From: Eledone cirrhosa
Taxonomy: Eukaryota
Length of the DNA stretch: 64,000 nt
Assembly: GCA_964016885.1 (NCBI GenBank)
Contig: OZ024756.1
Span: forward strand, 3,844,001-3,908,000
Reading direction: 5' to 3'
Shown here: in pieces, positions 28,276 to 43,527 of the stretch
Layout of the letters: the number at the start of each line of letters is the position of its first letter
Position numbering within the stretch: position 1 is the first letter of the stretch
Translations under genes and position numbers: made by a program
The notes under the pieces: generated by a model
Told to the model about the DNA's origin: nothing
Seen by the model: the letters and a program-made list of their open reading frames with translations, nothing else
The model's database searches: none

Positions 28276-28497
28276 TTTTTTATCGATCGACTTTCGTCAA
28301 ATCGGACCGAGGGAACAATGTTTCCGTTGGTCTTTCCAATTGATAATACTATCTATCGGTCGCAACTCCAGGTAGAAGGAGCAACGTGAAATAAAGTGTC
28401 TTGCTCAAGGACATAACGCATCGCCTGGTCCAGGAATTGAACTCGCAACCTTACGATTGCGAAGCCAATTCTCTAACCACTTAGCCACACGCCTTCA
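28276..28497 (-). mobile_element. CORE-type SINE (short subfamily)
   Basis: Reverse complement of 5135-5360. Confidence 0.85.
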
Positions 28498-28587
28498 CTT
28501 ATATATATGTATGTTTGTCTATATATATGTATATATATGTATGTATGTATGTCTATATATATGTATATATATGTATGTATGTCTATA

Positions 28588-28624
<37 letters not shown>

Positions 28625-28675
28625 CTATATATGTATATATATGTATGTATGTATGTCTATATATATATATATATG

Positions 28676-29269
28676 TCAGGTCACCACTTGGTGCTACTGG
28701 TAACATGTATTCCAGTACAACCAGTCCCATGGTCGGGTCGTTGGCGACTAAACTGGCAACCCCACTAAGGTTTCTTGGTGAGGAGGGTGACTTTGGACAT
28801 CCTGCAGGATTAAAAACACAACCTGTCAAAGGGCAATGGAGCTCTTAAGAGTCAATGGCCATCCAAAATCACCGGGAGAGATGACCCATTAGCCTTTGTC
28901 AAGGCAGAATTCTAGGAGAAGGAAAACTCTGATATAACACCTGCAACTCTGATGGCATCCAATGATGTTGACTTGTTCTTCTTTTTGGTAAATATCATCT
29001 TGGTTAAGAGAGTGGGACTGGCTTTGTGCAGTGCCTTTGCTCACTATAAAAGCTTCACGGCACAGGCATTGCTTTCTATCTGGAGATGTCTCTGCACTTG
29101 TCGTCACATGGTACCATGGGCCTAGCACTATGTGTCAATAATTGTCACAGGTGTATTGTTTGTACCAGAGTTTTCAAGTCGCTGGCTGGACTAAAGTCAC
29201 ATTCGTTCAGCGCATCGGTAGGAGTTCTCCTACATGGATATAAAGTAGTGGCCGTACTCGAAAACGAGT
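28676..29269 (+). mobile_element. Bipartite RTE derivative
   Basis: Near-identical to 13920-14500. Confidence 0.75.
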
Positions 29270-29508
29270 ATGTATGTCTATATATGTGTATATATGTATG
29301 TATGTCTATATATATATATGTATGTCTATATATATATATATATATGTATGTCTATATATGTATGTATGTATGTCTATATATGTATATATATGTATGTATG
29401 TGTGTCTATATATGTATGTATGTATGTCTATATATGTATATATATGTATGTATGTATGTCTATATATATATATGTATGTCTATATATGTATATATATGTA
29501 TGTATGTA

Positions 29509-29545
<37 letters not shown>

Positions 29546-29595
29546 GTCTATATATATATATGTACGTCTATATATATATATATATATATATGTAC

Positions 29596-29631
<36 letters not shown>

Positions 29632-29649
29632 GTCTATATATATATATAT

Positions 29650-29939
29650 ATAAGATCAAAGATGGTTAAAAGAGTTCCATATATGTTGATTTAAAACTGC
29701 ACTATTCACAAGTGTGTTTTAACCTTCATATCATGTCTCCCTATTTTATCTGACGAAAACGCAAATGTTATTGCATGATGATATTTGTTTTTGAAATGCG
29801 CATAATAAAATACATGGAACTGTTTTAACCATCTTTTGATCTTATATATTATGTATACTCCAGTCCTACAAACTGTAGAGTGCTTCTTATCCGATATCTG
29901 CATTGCTTTATTGTACTACAATAAAACTCACCTCCTACA
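29650..29939 (+). mobile_element. PLE-like remnant: inverted head, hammerhead and tail
   Basis: 29651-29679 is approximately the reverse complement of 29815-29844; second copy at 39480-39740. Confidence 0.8.
29742..29812 (+). ncRNA. Minimal type I hammerhead ribozyme
   Basis: tattttat-CTGACGA-long stem II-GAA-ATGCGCAT-A-ataaaata. Confidence 0.85.
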
Positions 29940-30031
29940 TATATGTATATATATATATATGTTTATATATATATGTATGTCTATATATATGTATATATAT
30001 ATATGTATGTATATATGTATATATATGTATG

Positions 30032-30062
<31 letters not shown>

Positions 30063-30186
30063 ATATATATATATATATTAAGACTTCAGTTGCATTTTCG
30101 ATTTCATCCCTTTTTCTTTATACTTCCACTCGTGTAGGACACCTCGGTTATTTTTCAATTTGTAAAAGAACCTCACTTTCTAATAT

Positions 30187-30244
<58 letters not shown>

Positions 30245-30725
30245 GTATATATATATATGTATGTATATGTATGTATGTCTATTTATATATATATATAAGG
30301 GTTAAAATACTGGAGTGTGTTGGAGTTAAACACCCTCTTCGTATTATAGGTAAACACCCTCTTCGTATTATTATTCTTAATAAGGTTTAATTTGTGCAGT
30401 TGAAGATGGATGTGTGTATTGTTGTGTGTGTGTGTGTACGTGTGCGCACATATATACATATGCACATTGTACCTTTTGATTTTTATTGTAATTTTAATGT
30501 TGGTAAAGGTATATTATATTGTATTATATATAATTCCTGCTCTATATAACCACCTTTGTTTAGCTCTAGGTTTTTTTTTGGACTATATTTGTAATATGGT
30601 TCTATATGTTATATACATCCTTAGTAATTTTTATTATATATTTTTGCAATACTTTAGTGTATGTACACTCCATATTCTTCGGAGCTTCCGGCTTGTATCT
30701 GCCGATATTACTTCTTGTTGTTTTA

Positions 30726-30770
30726 ATTGCCCTGATGAGTCCTTAATAGGACGAAACATTGTCGGCTAAT
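30726..30770 (+). ncRNA. Minimal type I hammerhead ribozyme in PLE-like remnant 30299-30813
   Basis: gcc-CTGATGA-gtcct-taat-aggac-GAAAC-att-GTC-ggc, AATAAA at 30768. Confidence 0.85.
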
Positions 30771-31143
30771 AAAGACTTTTGATGTATTGAAGGCTTCTTT
30801 GTTTTACTCTCTTAATATATATATATATATGTATATATATGTATGTATGTATGTCTATATATATATGTATGTATGTATGTATGTCTATATATATATGTAT
30901 GTATGTATGTATGTCTATATATATATGTATGTATGTATGTATGTCTATATATATATATGTATGTATGTATATATATATATATATACGTATGTATGTATGT
31001 ATGTATGTATATATATATATATATACGTATGTATGTATGTATGTATGTATGTATATATATATATACGTATGTATGTATGTATGTATGTATGTCTATATAT
31101 ATATATACGTATGTATGTATGTATGTCTATATATATATATATA

Positions 31144-33660
31144 TCGCTTCTTGACTTCATGGATGATTTCTTCCTATCCCAACTGGTGCTCGAACCAACG
31201 AGGTGCCACAAACACGTCCTAGACTTAATTTTCAACAATCACACTGACAATATCCACAATATTGCAGTGGAGAAAACTCTACTCTCTGATCATGACATGG
31301 TTCTCTGTGATCTGAGATTCCACCGTCCAATATACAAACCCAATGTCATCTCTCCTGTCCATCCGTTTGACGCTATGGATTTCCACAATGCAAACTGGGA
31401 AGCGATCAGTCATGATCTTGCACATGTCGACTGGTCCTTCACGCACACTCATACACCCACTAACATCAAAAAGTCCTGGCAGACATTTGTGAACACTGTT
31501 ACAAACATATGTGCAAAACACACTCCATTAAAAACTATAAACAAATCTAAGAGCAGAATCCCTAGAAATAGAAAAACGCTCATCAGAAAAATTAAGAGAA
31601 CGAACAAAAAAATCAACAAGCTGAAATACTGTCAGCAGCAACACATCAACTTGACTGCCATTTCATCACTAGAGATTAAAAAACATAACCCCCAAAACAA
31701 CATAATGTCCCTCATCAACAATCAGAGAAGAGCTGAAGAGGCCTGGGCCATTGAGAAGATCAAACTCAATCCCAAAGTGTTCTTTTCATTTGCAAAAAAA
31801 CACAAAATCACTGGCTCTACTGTTGGCCCTCTAATTGATGAAAATGGCACTCTTCAAGACAATGCTAAAACCATGGGTGAGATACTGCAGAAACAATACT
31901 GCTCTGTTTTCACCAATCCTGATATGGCCGATCTGTGCTGTATCGGCGATGTTACTCCCCATTACACCTTATCGGACATAACGTTTGGCGCCCCTGATGT
32001 CTTAGCGGCAATAAAGGAAATCAAGCATAATTCAGCAGTAGGTCCCGATAGGTTCCCTGCTTGTGTCTTGAAGGCGTGTCAACACCAACTTGCATCTCCT
32101 CTTGCCAATCTGTGGCGGAACTCACTGGATGCTGGATATGAGCCAGAAAATCTTCTATCCCAGTCTGTTGTCCCAGTTTTCAAAAAGGGAAACAAATCCC
32201 TTGCCGTGAATTACCGTCCAATCTCACTCACCTCTCATATCATTAAGGTATTTGAGAGAGTGGTGAGATCGCGAATGACCCACTTCCTTGAGAGTAACAA
32301 TATGCTGAACTCCAACCAGCATGGATTCCGTAATGGAAGGGATTGCCTGACGCAGCTACTGCATCACTTTGATGACATTTTGAGAGCCTTGGGAGAGGGT
32401 TCCAACACTGATGTTATCTACCTTGATTTCAGCAAGGCCTTTGACAGGGTTGATCATAACATTCTACTGAGAAAGCTGTCCAATATTGGTGTCACTGGAA
32501 AGCTGCTGTAGTGGATCAAGAGCTTCCTGTCAAACAGAACCCAACATGTTGTAGTTGAGGGAGTCAAATCCAGCCCAGCCAAAGTCAGTAGTGGGGTCCC
32601 ACAAGGCACTGTGTTGGGCCCACTTCACTTCATCATCTATATTAATGACATCACTGACATCATCAAACACAGCAACATTAAAATTTTCGCTGATGATTCC
32701 AAGCTCCAAAAGGTCATCAATGGCGTGGATAACCGGATAAGCATTCAGTCAGACCTACTGGCTGTTACCCAATGGGCGGAAAAGAACAACATGTTACTGA
32801 ACGAAGACAAATTCGAACTGATCCACTTTGGAAAAGAGAATGCTCTGAAACTCCCGTACTCCCTTCCCTCCGGGGAAACTCTCGTGGCATCTAACAACAT
32901 CAGAGACTTGGGAGTAACCGTGGACAGCAACATAAGCTGGGCCACGCATATAAGCAGCAAAGTTGACATAGCCCGCAGAATGTGTTCCTGGATCCTCAGA
33001 ACCTTCCAGTCGAGAGATTCCCACACCATTATCCTTCTCTTCTCTACTTTTGCCCGACCACACCTTGAATACTGTTGTCCACTGTGGTCTCCCCACACGA
33101 AACAAAGTATCATGAAACTTGAAACTCCTCAAAGGGCAATCACGAAAAAGATAGATGGCATGTCAGACCTTGACTACTGGGGTCGACTAGAAAACCTGAA
33201 ACTTTACTCACTCCAACGTCGCCGTGAGCGTTATATTATCTGCATGATGTGGAAAATGTTTCATCATCACTGCCCAAATGATGTTGGCATCGCCTTCAAG
33301 ATACACCCAAGGCTTGGGCCCCGTGCTATCCGTCCCATTCAAAAATCTAAATCGCAACTCATAACAACAATACGGCACAATTATTTCACCTCAATTGGCC
33401 CTGCTCTCTTCAACATCACACCAGGACACGTCAAAACAGAAACTGACCACACAAAATTCAAGAAGTCTTTGGACAAATTCCTCTAAGTAATCCCGGACAA
33501 ACCACCCACACCCGGATATGTCTCCGCAAACAGTAAATCTCTTCTCGAATGGGCCATGGTGCCCAAATCCTGAATTGAAAGACTTCGCCAGGTGGTGCTA
33601 TTAAGTTAGACATGGCCTGGGCCAATACTGGCCAAAACATTTCAAAGTTATTCAAAGTTA
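31144..33660 (+). mobile_element. 5'-truncated CR1-group LINE, ORF2 (APE endonuclease C-terminus and reverse transcriptase)
   Basis: LDLIF..LSDH; PVFKKG..NYRPISLTS; QHGFR; YLDFSKAFDRVDH; SGVPQGTVLGP; FADD; single frame with premature stops at 32509 and 33484, natural stop 33571-33573; (TTCAAAGTTA)2 tail. Confidence 0.93.
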
Positions 33661-33748
33661 TATATATATATGTATGTATGTATGTCTATATATATATGTA
33701 TGTATGTCTATATATATATATATATGTATGTATATGTATGTATATGTA

Positions 33749-33791
<43 letters not shown>

Positions 33792-33802
33792 GTATGTCTA
33801 TC

Positions 33803-33833
<31 letters not shown>

Positions 33834-33838
33834 ATGTA

Positions 33839-33877
<39 letters not shown>

Positions 33878-33938
33878 ATGTATGTATATGTATGTCTATA
33901 TATATATATATGTATGTATATGTATGTATATGTATGTC

Positions 33939-33973
<35 letters not shown>

Positions 33974-34184
33974 GTATGTCTATATATATATATATGTATG
34001 TATGTATGTATGTCTATATATATATATATATGTATGTATGTATGTATGTCTATATATATATATATACATGTATGTATGTCTATATATATGTATGTATGTC
34101 TATATATATGCACATTTTTATGTATATATATATTTATGTATATATATATTTATGTATATATATATATATATATATATATTTATG

Positions 34185-34224
<40 letters not shown>

Positions 34225-34230
34225 TATATT

Positions 34231-34267
<37 letters not shown>

Positions 34268-34416
34268 GTATATATATATATATTTATGTATATATATATA
34301 TATTTATGTATATATATATATATATATTTATGTATATATATATATATATATATATTTATGTATATATATATATATATATATATATTTATGTATATATATA
34401 TATATATATATATATT

Positions 34417-34483
<67 letters not shown>

Positions 34484-34830
34484 GTATATATATATATATA
34501 TATATATATTTATGTATATATATATATATATATATACATTATTTCTGAAGACGGCGTATATATGTGTTGGTATGTATATTTAATCTTGATAGTTTGTATA
34601 ATTTTGTATAATTTTGTACATAGATCTGTTGAATATGCATGCCAACTCTAACACATATATATCCTAGAAACGATCGTTAAATAATGAACTTTTTTTGTTT
34701 AATATAAGGAATTGTTTATTCATTATTTGTTTAATATTTTATATATATATATATATATTTATGTATATATATATATATATATATATATTTATGTATATAT
34801 ATATATGTCTATATATATGCACATTTTTAT

Positions 34831-34868
<38 letters not shown>

Positions 34869-34905
34869 GTATATATATATGTATATATATATGTATATAT
34901 ATATG

Positions 34906-34938
<33 letters not shown>

Positions 34939-35059
34939 GTATATATATATATGTATATGTATATATATATATGTATATATATATATGTATATATATATAT
35001 GTATATATATATATGTATATATATATATGTATATATGTATATATATATATGTATATATG

Positions 35060-35106
<47 letters not shown>

Positions 35107-35213
35107 GTATATATATATATGTATATATATATATGTATATATATATATGTATATATGTATATATATATATGTATATATATATATGTATATATATATATGT
35201 ATATATATATATG

Positions 35214-35269
<56 letters not shown>

Positions 35270-35276
35270 TATTTAT

Positions 35277-35346
<70 letters not shown>

Positions 35347-35449
35347 GTATATATATATTTATGTATATATATATATATATATATATATGTATGCATATAT
35401 ATATATATATATATTTATGTATATATATATATATATATATTTATGTATA

Positions 35450-35486
<37 letters not shown>

Positions 35487-35493
35487 GTATATC

Positions 35494-35528
<35 letters not shown>

Positions 35529-35623
35529 ATATATATATATGTATATATATATGTATGTATATATATATATATGTATATATATATATTTATGTATATATAT
35601 ATATATATATATGTATATTTATG

Positions 35624-35656
<33 letters not shown>

Positions 35657-35679
35657 TTATGTATATATATATATTTATG

Positions 35680-35717
<38 letters not shown>

Positions 35718-35947
35718 TATATTTATGTATTTATATATATATATATATATTTATGTATTTATATATATATATATTTATGTATATATATATATATATATAT
35801 ATATTTATGTATATATATATATATATATATATTTATGTATTTATATATATATATATATATTTATGTATTTATATATATATATATTTATGTATATATATAT
35901 ATATATATATATATTTATGTATATATATATATATATATATATTTATG

Positions 35948-35978
<31 letters not shown>

Positions 35979-36079
35979 TTATATATATATATATATATTT
36001 ATGTATTTATATATATATATATTTATGTATTTATATATATATATATATATTTATGTATTTATATATATATATATTTATG

Positions 36080-36116
<37 letters not shown>

Positions 36117-36185
36117 GTATTTATATATATATATGTATGTCTATATATATGCACATTTATATATCTATCTCTCTCTATATATATA
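33661..36185. repeat. Compound (TA)n array, interrupted at 34537-34740
   Basis: Read directly. Confidence 0.95.
34537..34686 (+). ncRNA. Type I hammerhead with about 115-nt stem II
   Basis: cattattt-CTGAAGA-...-GAA-ACGATCGT-T-aaataatg; insert pairs tatatatgtgtt/aacacatatata and ggtatgtatatt/aatatgcatgcc. Confidence 0.75.
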
Positions 36186-36713
36186 TGGTGATTGAAGCTG
36201 ATTTAGATACTCTGTTATCTCGTTTGAAGTCTTTATGTTGGGTGAAGGACAATAGAATAAACCCAGTAATATGCTAGGGTTGCTTCAATCAATTATACGC
36301 CTTTTCATATACGAAAAACTGGCAGGCTGTCAAGTGAAAAGTAAATATTATTAGAATCTAAATCATAACTAGTTATCGGATAAATTCTCTCACGTTTCAG
36401 ACAGTTACAAACGATAAGACAACGTAGATGTATTCCGTAGATAAGAATCTTCCTTAATCATCTATTACATAAACACTATTAGGCAAACCACACTTATTGA
36501 TTTCATAGCACACCTACTGCTATGTGGTGCTCTACTATGTAGAAGTGAAGGAGAAATATGGTTTGTCTAACACTAATGCGTTTATTAATGGCAGCAGTGA
36601 AGTTATAAATTCGCAGTCAGCAGAAATCGAAACCGTATCATACGTTCTCGTCAATGTTTGTTCTTTTTTTGTGTGTTCATTAATTTTATTTATCCAGTAA
36701 TCTGATATGTATG

Positions 36714-36870
36714 GGCGGCGAATTGGTAGAGTCGTTAAAACGTCAGATAGAATGTGTTATGGTATTCGTTCTGGCTCTCTCAGTTCAAACCCCGCCGAGT
36801 TCAACTTTGCCTTTCATCCTTTCAAGATTGATAATAAAAAAAGTACCAGTCTAATTCTGGGGTCGATTCT
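36714..36870 (+). mobile_element. Meta-domain SINE, diverged
   Basis: tRNA-like head plus ctttgcctttcatcc...agtaccag. Confidence 0.7.
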
Positions 36871-37166
36871 TCCTCTGTATCGCTTTCTCATCTCCTCCCT
36901 CCCACTTTGTTTTTCTCTGGAAGAAATCTGCTGTACTCAGGGCTGGTGAATGATAGGATCCGCCAGGCTTTAAATGCCCGAGAAACTCCGTATTTCAACC
37001 CGGGGGCCTCTACAACTCTATCAGGAGTTACGGGACCATACATACATACAATCTGATATGTGGTAGATTTATCAACTTCGTTAAGGCGCTGCATGTTTGC
37101 TTGGACTGTCAGTGGTCTGAGTTCAAAACCCGCCGTGGTCCGCCGCAATTCTCTGCTTCACGGCCG

Positions 37167-37315
37167 AGAGTTCAAAAATACTGCCGAGTTTAGCTTTACC
37201 TTTCATCATTACGGGGTCTATAATATAAAGTACCAGTAATGCACTAGGATCGATTTAGTCGACTTCCCCCGCTCTTCAAATTGCTGGCCTTGTGCCTAAA
37301 GTAGAAATCATTATT
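37167..37315 (+). mobile_element. Meta-domain SINE, diverged
   Basis: cctttcatcattacggggtc...gctggccttgtgcc. Confidence 0.7.
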
Positions 37316-37949
37316 TCAGGGTTAACACCTTGGAAGTTAAACTGGATCAAGGGAGGAAGGGTCATTTGTTGGTTAATGTCTGCTTCTGATTGTATGGGAG
37401 CCTAAAACCCTTAACAAACGCTTGGGATAGATTATTGAGGCTTACTCCATTTTTACAGGAATCTAATATATTTTAATGTGGGATATCAGGCAATAAATTT
37501 CAATCATTGGTGATTGGATAGATGGTGTTATGTTCCTGGAAAGTTGGATTAAGATAAAGGTATAATTACTTGAACTATCAAGCTCATCTTTCGATGACCT
37601 CCCTACGGACAACTGACGCTTCACACAGGGTCCTAACACGGTAGAGCCGAACTCCCACTTCATCGCCTCCATCTCTCTCGCCCTCCTCATCTCTCTGTAT
37701 ATTGAGCAAATGGGGTCCCACGGTCATGGCGGACAGAATGGAAAAGGCATTTACCCAGAGGATGGTAAAGGGGTGATGCGCGGAACGAGAAGGTCACACC
37801 GTCTGGCCTTTTGCCGTCCTCTCGGTCCAGCCCCACCTGCAGCATCTAAGCCATGCTTTGTGACCTCGTTGAGGCGGCGTGGCTGGCTATGACTCCTATG
37901 TTTATCGTAGCTGTGGATGTTAAGTTAGGTTAGAGATCCGGGACATGAA

Positions 37950-39125
37950 CAATGGTGGTGTCATAAGGTTGTTAGCATTTATGTTCAATTAAAACACGGC
38001 AACCGGACTTTTACAGGTGTTTAGCAGCGTTGTTGAGTAGATTCCATTTGCTGCTATCATTGGACGAACTAAATAATATATTGAACGCAAGATCGTATTA
38101 TGCGGGAGTTGCCGATACAGTGTAGATTTTCAGAATGTGCCATTGTGGGCCTAGATAAATGGATAAACTATTATAGATTTTATCCCATTAGATTATCGTA
38201 AACTAGGGTATCCTAATTTTCAGTTGGTCGGCTACAGAGACCAAACATTTGTAATATGCCCAATAAACCTATGTAGGACCCATAAAATATGTTTCGGTTA
38301 CTGAAAATTGACCGCATTCTCTACGGCGTGTAAAACCCACAAGGACTGAACTGCAAGCTAGTTAAACAGAAATTGATGGGGGTAATTACAAAATTATAAA
38401 AACAACATATGGTGGGCAGACTTCAAAGGAAATCTAGAGTGCAATCGGTAAGGTATAATAAGGAAGTAGCATTAGATAGGAGGGGACGTTAATGGCTAAT
38501 TTAGAAAAGGCTGCTAAATGCGGCTTCGAAATGGAAGTGATATCAGCGCGAATAGCACTTGACAACTTCTTTGATGCTAAACATGAAGGATTGGCTATCC
38601 GAGCTGAGAATAGTAAATTCGTTCGAAAGGCCCGGTTCCAAAAGGGTGTACTGTGTCAACCGATCTCTCACAGTCTTTTACAAACCGCAGTGTTCTTGCG
38701 ATATTTGATTCCAAACGGTTATACGCAGCTGTTCAAATCGCACATAATCCATCTGATCGGGAGATACAACGCTATGAAAACAATGTACTGTCACAAATAG
38801 ATCCAGGAATGGTGGAATGCTCAGAAAGTCTGATTTCAACTTCTGGATCTTTGAGGCTATGTCTGACTTTGTGAGAGTTAAGTAGTCAGATATGGAAGGT
38901 ATTCCCTTTCAACTCTATTGTAGTAAGTCGGACTTGTCACCTCTCTGGGTATAGATCAGTCAGAAACAAAGGCTCACTGGAGGAATCATTTAAATGTGCT
39001 GGAGAATGGTGGCGCGGCTGAGAAAGGACACGAGCAGATTCTACTAACAAGGATTTGGCAAAACCATGGCTATAGTAGAAGACACTTGACTAAGATGTCG
39101 AACCCAGAACAAACAAAATGGTTGT
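37950..39125 (+). mobile_element. Degenerate L1/Tx1-like LINE ORF2 fragment
   Basis: Frameshifted motifs in expected order: DRIL-like, GY.D..FV, GY*KL (GYWKLN), WW..FK, AKHEGLAIRA, GIPFQLY, PEQT. Confidence 0.55.
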
Positions 39126-39334
39126 TAAAAGTATTCTTTAACCACTCAATCAAGTCTGTCCTTGTTCACTAATTTGAACAGTTTCGTATCTCGTACTCGT
39201 TTTGACAAGAGTGTTTCCCCCATCGCTACCGGGTTGGGTAGTGGTGGTCATGATGTGTGTTTGATACTGTGTATATAGATGTGTAATATTTGTGTATGTA
39301 TATATATATGTGTATATATATATATATATATGTG

Positions 39335-39396
<62 letters not shown>

Positions 39397-39542
39397 TCCT
39401 CCCCTTTTTTCATCCTCCCCCCCCCCCTCTCTAAATAAAATATTTTTCCCAATATCACACATCAATCTAAAACTACTTTTCATATGTTGATTTAAAACTG
39501 CACTATCCACAAGTGTTTTTTAGCCTTCATATCATGTTCTCC

Positions 39543-39613
39543 TGTTTTATCTGATGAAAACACAAATATTATTGCATGATGATGTTTGTTTTTGAAATGC
39601 GCATAATAAAATA
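39543..39613 (+). ncRNA. Minimal type I hammerhead ribozyme (second copy of the 29742 family)
   Basis: tgttttat-CTGATGA-stem II-GAA-ATGCGCAT-A-ataaaata. Confidence 0.85.
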
Positions 39614-40032
39614 CATGGAACTCCTTTAACCATCTTTTGATCTTATATATTATGTATACTCCAGTCCTACAAACTATAGAGTGCTTCTTATCCGATATCT
39701 GCATTGCTTTATTGTACTACAATAAAACTCACCTCCTACATATATATATATATATATATAATCACGATAAATTAACGGAGACATAGACTCTCGCTATTCC
39801 CTGTCAATAATGTGCTCAAAGGGGAAGAAATCCTGAGCTCTTTAAAATACAATATGTTGAAAAGGTAACACACTAGAGAGAGATACAGTACGCTATCAAT
39901 AAAACAGAGAAAAACCACCAGTGTATGGAATCTATAACCTATGAAAGGCAGAGTAGACACATGATAATTAAAAATATTAATTAAAGTGTAAATACATACC
40001 TCTATATCTATATAACACACGTACAAATCCAA

Positions 40033-40094
40033 AGAGATCTGTTTCGCCAGTAAGTTGTTGACAGAAATGAAATAACCCATGGTTCATCAGCGTG
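40033..40094 (-). ncRNA. Degenerate hammerhead in remnant 39761-40118
   Basis: CTGATGA-acca tgggtt...aactta c tggc-GAAAC; stems I and III decayed; tail stem-loop at 39814-39838. Confidence 0.5.
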
Positions 40095-40119
40095 TGTAAG
40101 GCTATATATTTCAGACAAC

Positions 40120-40150
<31 letters not shown>

Positions 40151-41179
40151 AAACTGTAGAGTGGAATTTAAGAGTCTGTTTGATATACCATTCTAGTAAG
40201 GAGTAACGGCCTGTTGTAATAACGAGAATGCCTTAAGTCCCAGAAGTCAGTGCAAGTATCGTTATGCGCTACGTTAGTTGAATGTATCTCCACACCACCT
40301 TATTTTTGTTAGAGAAATCCAATAGATTCACCCTCCTTCCACACGCAAGCGTACTTCGCTCTGTCCGGTGTTTAGGTCCGTAGACGTGCTGTATAACAGC
40401 TCCTGAAAGAGTCAAGTGTCAAACGGCATATTTCCAATTTGGAATCGAACACCAAATTGCCTGATTCCGAAACGAACTTAACTTCTAAATATTTGTTTTT
40501 TGTGAGGAATTTCTAACGTTTTTTTTTTCTTTGCGTTGTAAATGGTAAAATCTAAGAAAATATTATTGGACAACATGACAGGAAGGAAACTAAAATATTT
40601 CGGACGTTGTTAAAAATTGGTCAAACATACAGAAAAAGAAAGTAGTATTGGAAAGGACTATAAATGCCATACATAAGACAAAGGTGAAAGAAAGAGTAAG
40701 GACCACGGAGCAAGGGAAGAAAGAAAAAGGAGAAGGGTGCCATATTCTACACTAAGTTCAGAGCAGAGTTTCGGTTGCGGCACTCAGGCAATGAGTAAAT
40801 TTCAAGACGAAACACAATAAAATGTTATGTAATGTTTATAACGATCTGACATAAGTTAGACTATATCTCATTTCAGGTTTACCTATCAGTATGTCTTATC
40901 ATATAATTTATTTAGCTTTTACATACAATAACTGCTAAGACAATCTCCTTAGATTAATATCCATACTTATTTAATCATAATTCCATATTACACTTCAAAT
41001 AGATGCATTTGTGAACATATCTGAGGAAATATGTATATACACACACACAAATGTATACATGTGTGTTGTGGGTGTATATATATATATATTATATATACAT
41101 ATATATATATTATATATATATATATATATATTATATATACATATATATATATTATATAAATATATATATATATATATTA

Positions 41180-41222
<43 letters not shown>

Positions 41223-41329
41223 ATAATAATAAATTTGAAGACTAAAATCCAAAGAGGGCTCGATAAGGATAAATATATATCAAATATATAAAAACCGTAG
41301 AGCAAATATTTATTAATATAATATAATTA

Positions 41330-41506
41330 ATATATATATATATATATATTCATAAATATATATATATATATATATATTCATAAATATATATATATTCATA
41401 TATATATATATATATATAATCATAAATATATATATTATCATAAATATATATATTATCATAAATATATATATAATCATAAATATATATATTCATAAATATA
41501 TATATA

Positions 41507-41547
<41 letters not shown>

Positions 41548-42332
41548 ATATATATATATATAATCATAAATATATATATATTCATAAATATATATATATT
41601 CATAAATATATAAGTTGTAATAAAATGAAAATGAAAATTCCATTTCTCACTCTTAGTACGGCACTTACTTAAATGTAAGTATGTATGTATACGTACATAC
41701 ATATATGTATACAGACGTACAGTAGCATGTATATATATATATATACATATATACATACAGGTACACATACATATAAGTACGTCTGTATACATATATGTAT
41801 GTAGGTATACATACATACTTACATAAATATATATATATACATAAATATATATATATTCATAAATATATATATATTCATAAATATATATATATTCATAAAT
41901 ATATATATATATATGTAATCATAAATATATATATTCAAATATATAATCATAAATATATATATTCATAAATATATATATGTATATTCATGAATATATATAT
42001 ATATATATATATATATTCATAAATATATATATATATATTCATAAATATATATATATATATTCATAAATATATATATATATATATTCATAAATATATATAT
42101 ATATATTCATAAATATATATATATATATATTCATAAATATATATATATATATATTCATAAATATATATATATTCATAAATATATATATATTCATAAATAT
42201 ATATATATATATTCATAAATATATATATATATATTCATAAATATATATATATATATTCATAAATATATATATATATATTCATAAATATATATATATATAT
42301 ATTCATAAATATATATATATATATATTCATAA

Positions 42333-42363
<31 letters not shown>

Positions 42364-42420
42364 AATATATATAAATATATATATATTCATAAATATATAT
42401 ATATATATATTCTTGAATAT
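41330..42420. repeat. [(TA)nTTCATAAA]m array
   Basis: Read directly. Confidence 0.9.
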
Positions 42421-42556
42421 ATATATCTGTGTGTATGTGTAAAGCTATGCACCTGTATATATCTACTTTCAGATAGACAGTCACACAGACATACACATAC
42501 ATACTCTCATACATACACATACACACACATATATATATATATATATGCACACATAG

Positions 42557-42601
<45 letters not shown>

Positions 42602-42970
42602 TGGCCATATGACGTTCAGTTTCAAGCGAGCTAATTACATCCCAAGAGGAGATATGTAGAGGGTGTTATGGGAATTGCAGACAAATAGGCCCAGTGTCTA
42701 CTCAATTAAAGCTGATGACACTAGGTACATAACCGACATGGGGTAGTGTCTCATCTGGCGAAGCTTCATGGGTTGCACCTTTATATAAACATGCAACCAA
42801 CTTTGTTTAGAGTGGCTTTTTCTTCATCAAATGTTGGTTACTACTGGTGGTAATATTCCACACACACAAACACACATACATACACATATAGCCACATATG
42901 CAGACCCATACAGAAAACCATATACATATTATTATATATTAATATATTTATATTACATACACAAGTATGG

Positions 42971-43012
<42 letters not shown>

Positions 43013-43527
43013 TTATTTCTATGTAATTATGTAGACTACACACGTACACACACACGTGTGTGTACGTGTATATATATATATGTGTATATTTACGTCTGTG
43101 TTGTACGTAAGATACGTCCGTTTAATTGTGAAGTATTATTAATTTTTTATATACTTAATCACGCTTTTTTTTATCCAATGCTTGACACTATATTTCGTAA
43201 GAGATCCAGTGAGTATGTGTGTGAATGTGTGGACATGTGAAACCATTTAAGTACCTTCTATATATATATAAGGAAAAAGGGAGAGAGACACGTGTATATA
43301 TATGTGTATATATATATGTGTGTGCGTGTATAATCCCTGTAAATATATATATGGGGTGAGTGTGTGTACGTGAGGGAATATGGTTTTGTGTAATATAATA
43401 TATTACATTACATATTATAATATAGTAATTTACATTACATTATATTACATTATTTCATATATTACATTATAATATATTATGGTTTTATTTCAGATATTAC
43501 ATTATATTATATTATATTACATTATTT

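Noticed and set aside
28689-28760. Possible HDV-like ribozyme at the RTE-derivative 5' end (ccagt...gtcgttggcgac-taa-actgg)
   Set aside because: P4, J4/2 and P2-like parts are visible, but I could not build P1, P3 and P1.1 in either copy
40755-40800. Minus-strand cctgagtg...ccgaaac hammerhead-like string
   Set aside because: Core and stems do not fit
42712-42765. CTGATGA followed by a cacta/tagtg stem
   Set aside because: No correctly placed GAAA, stem III or stem I
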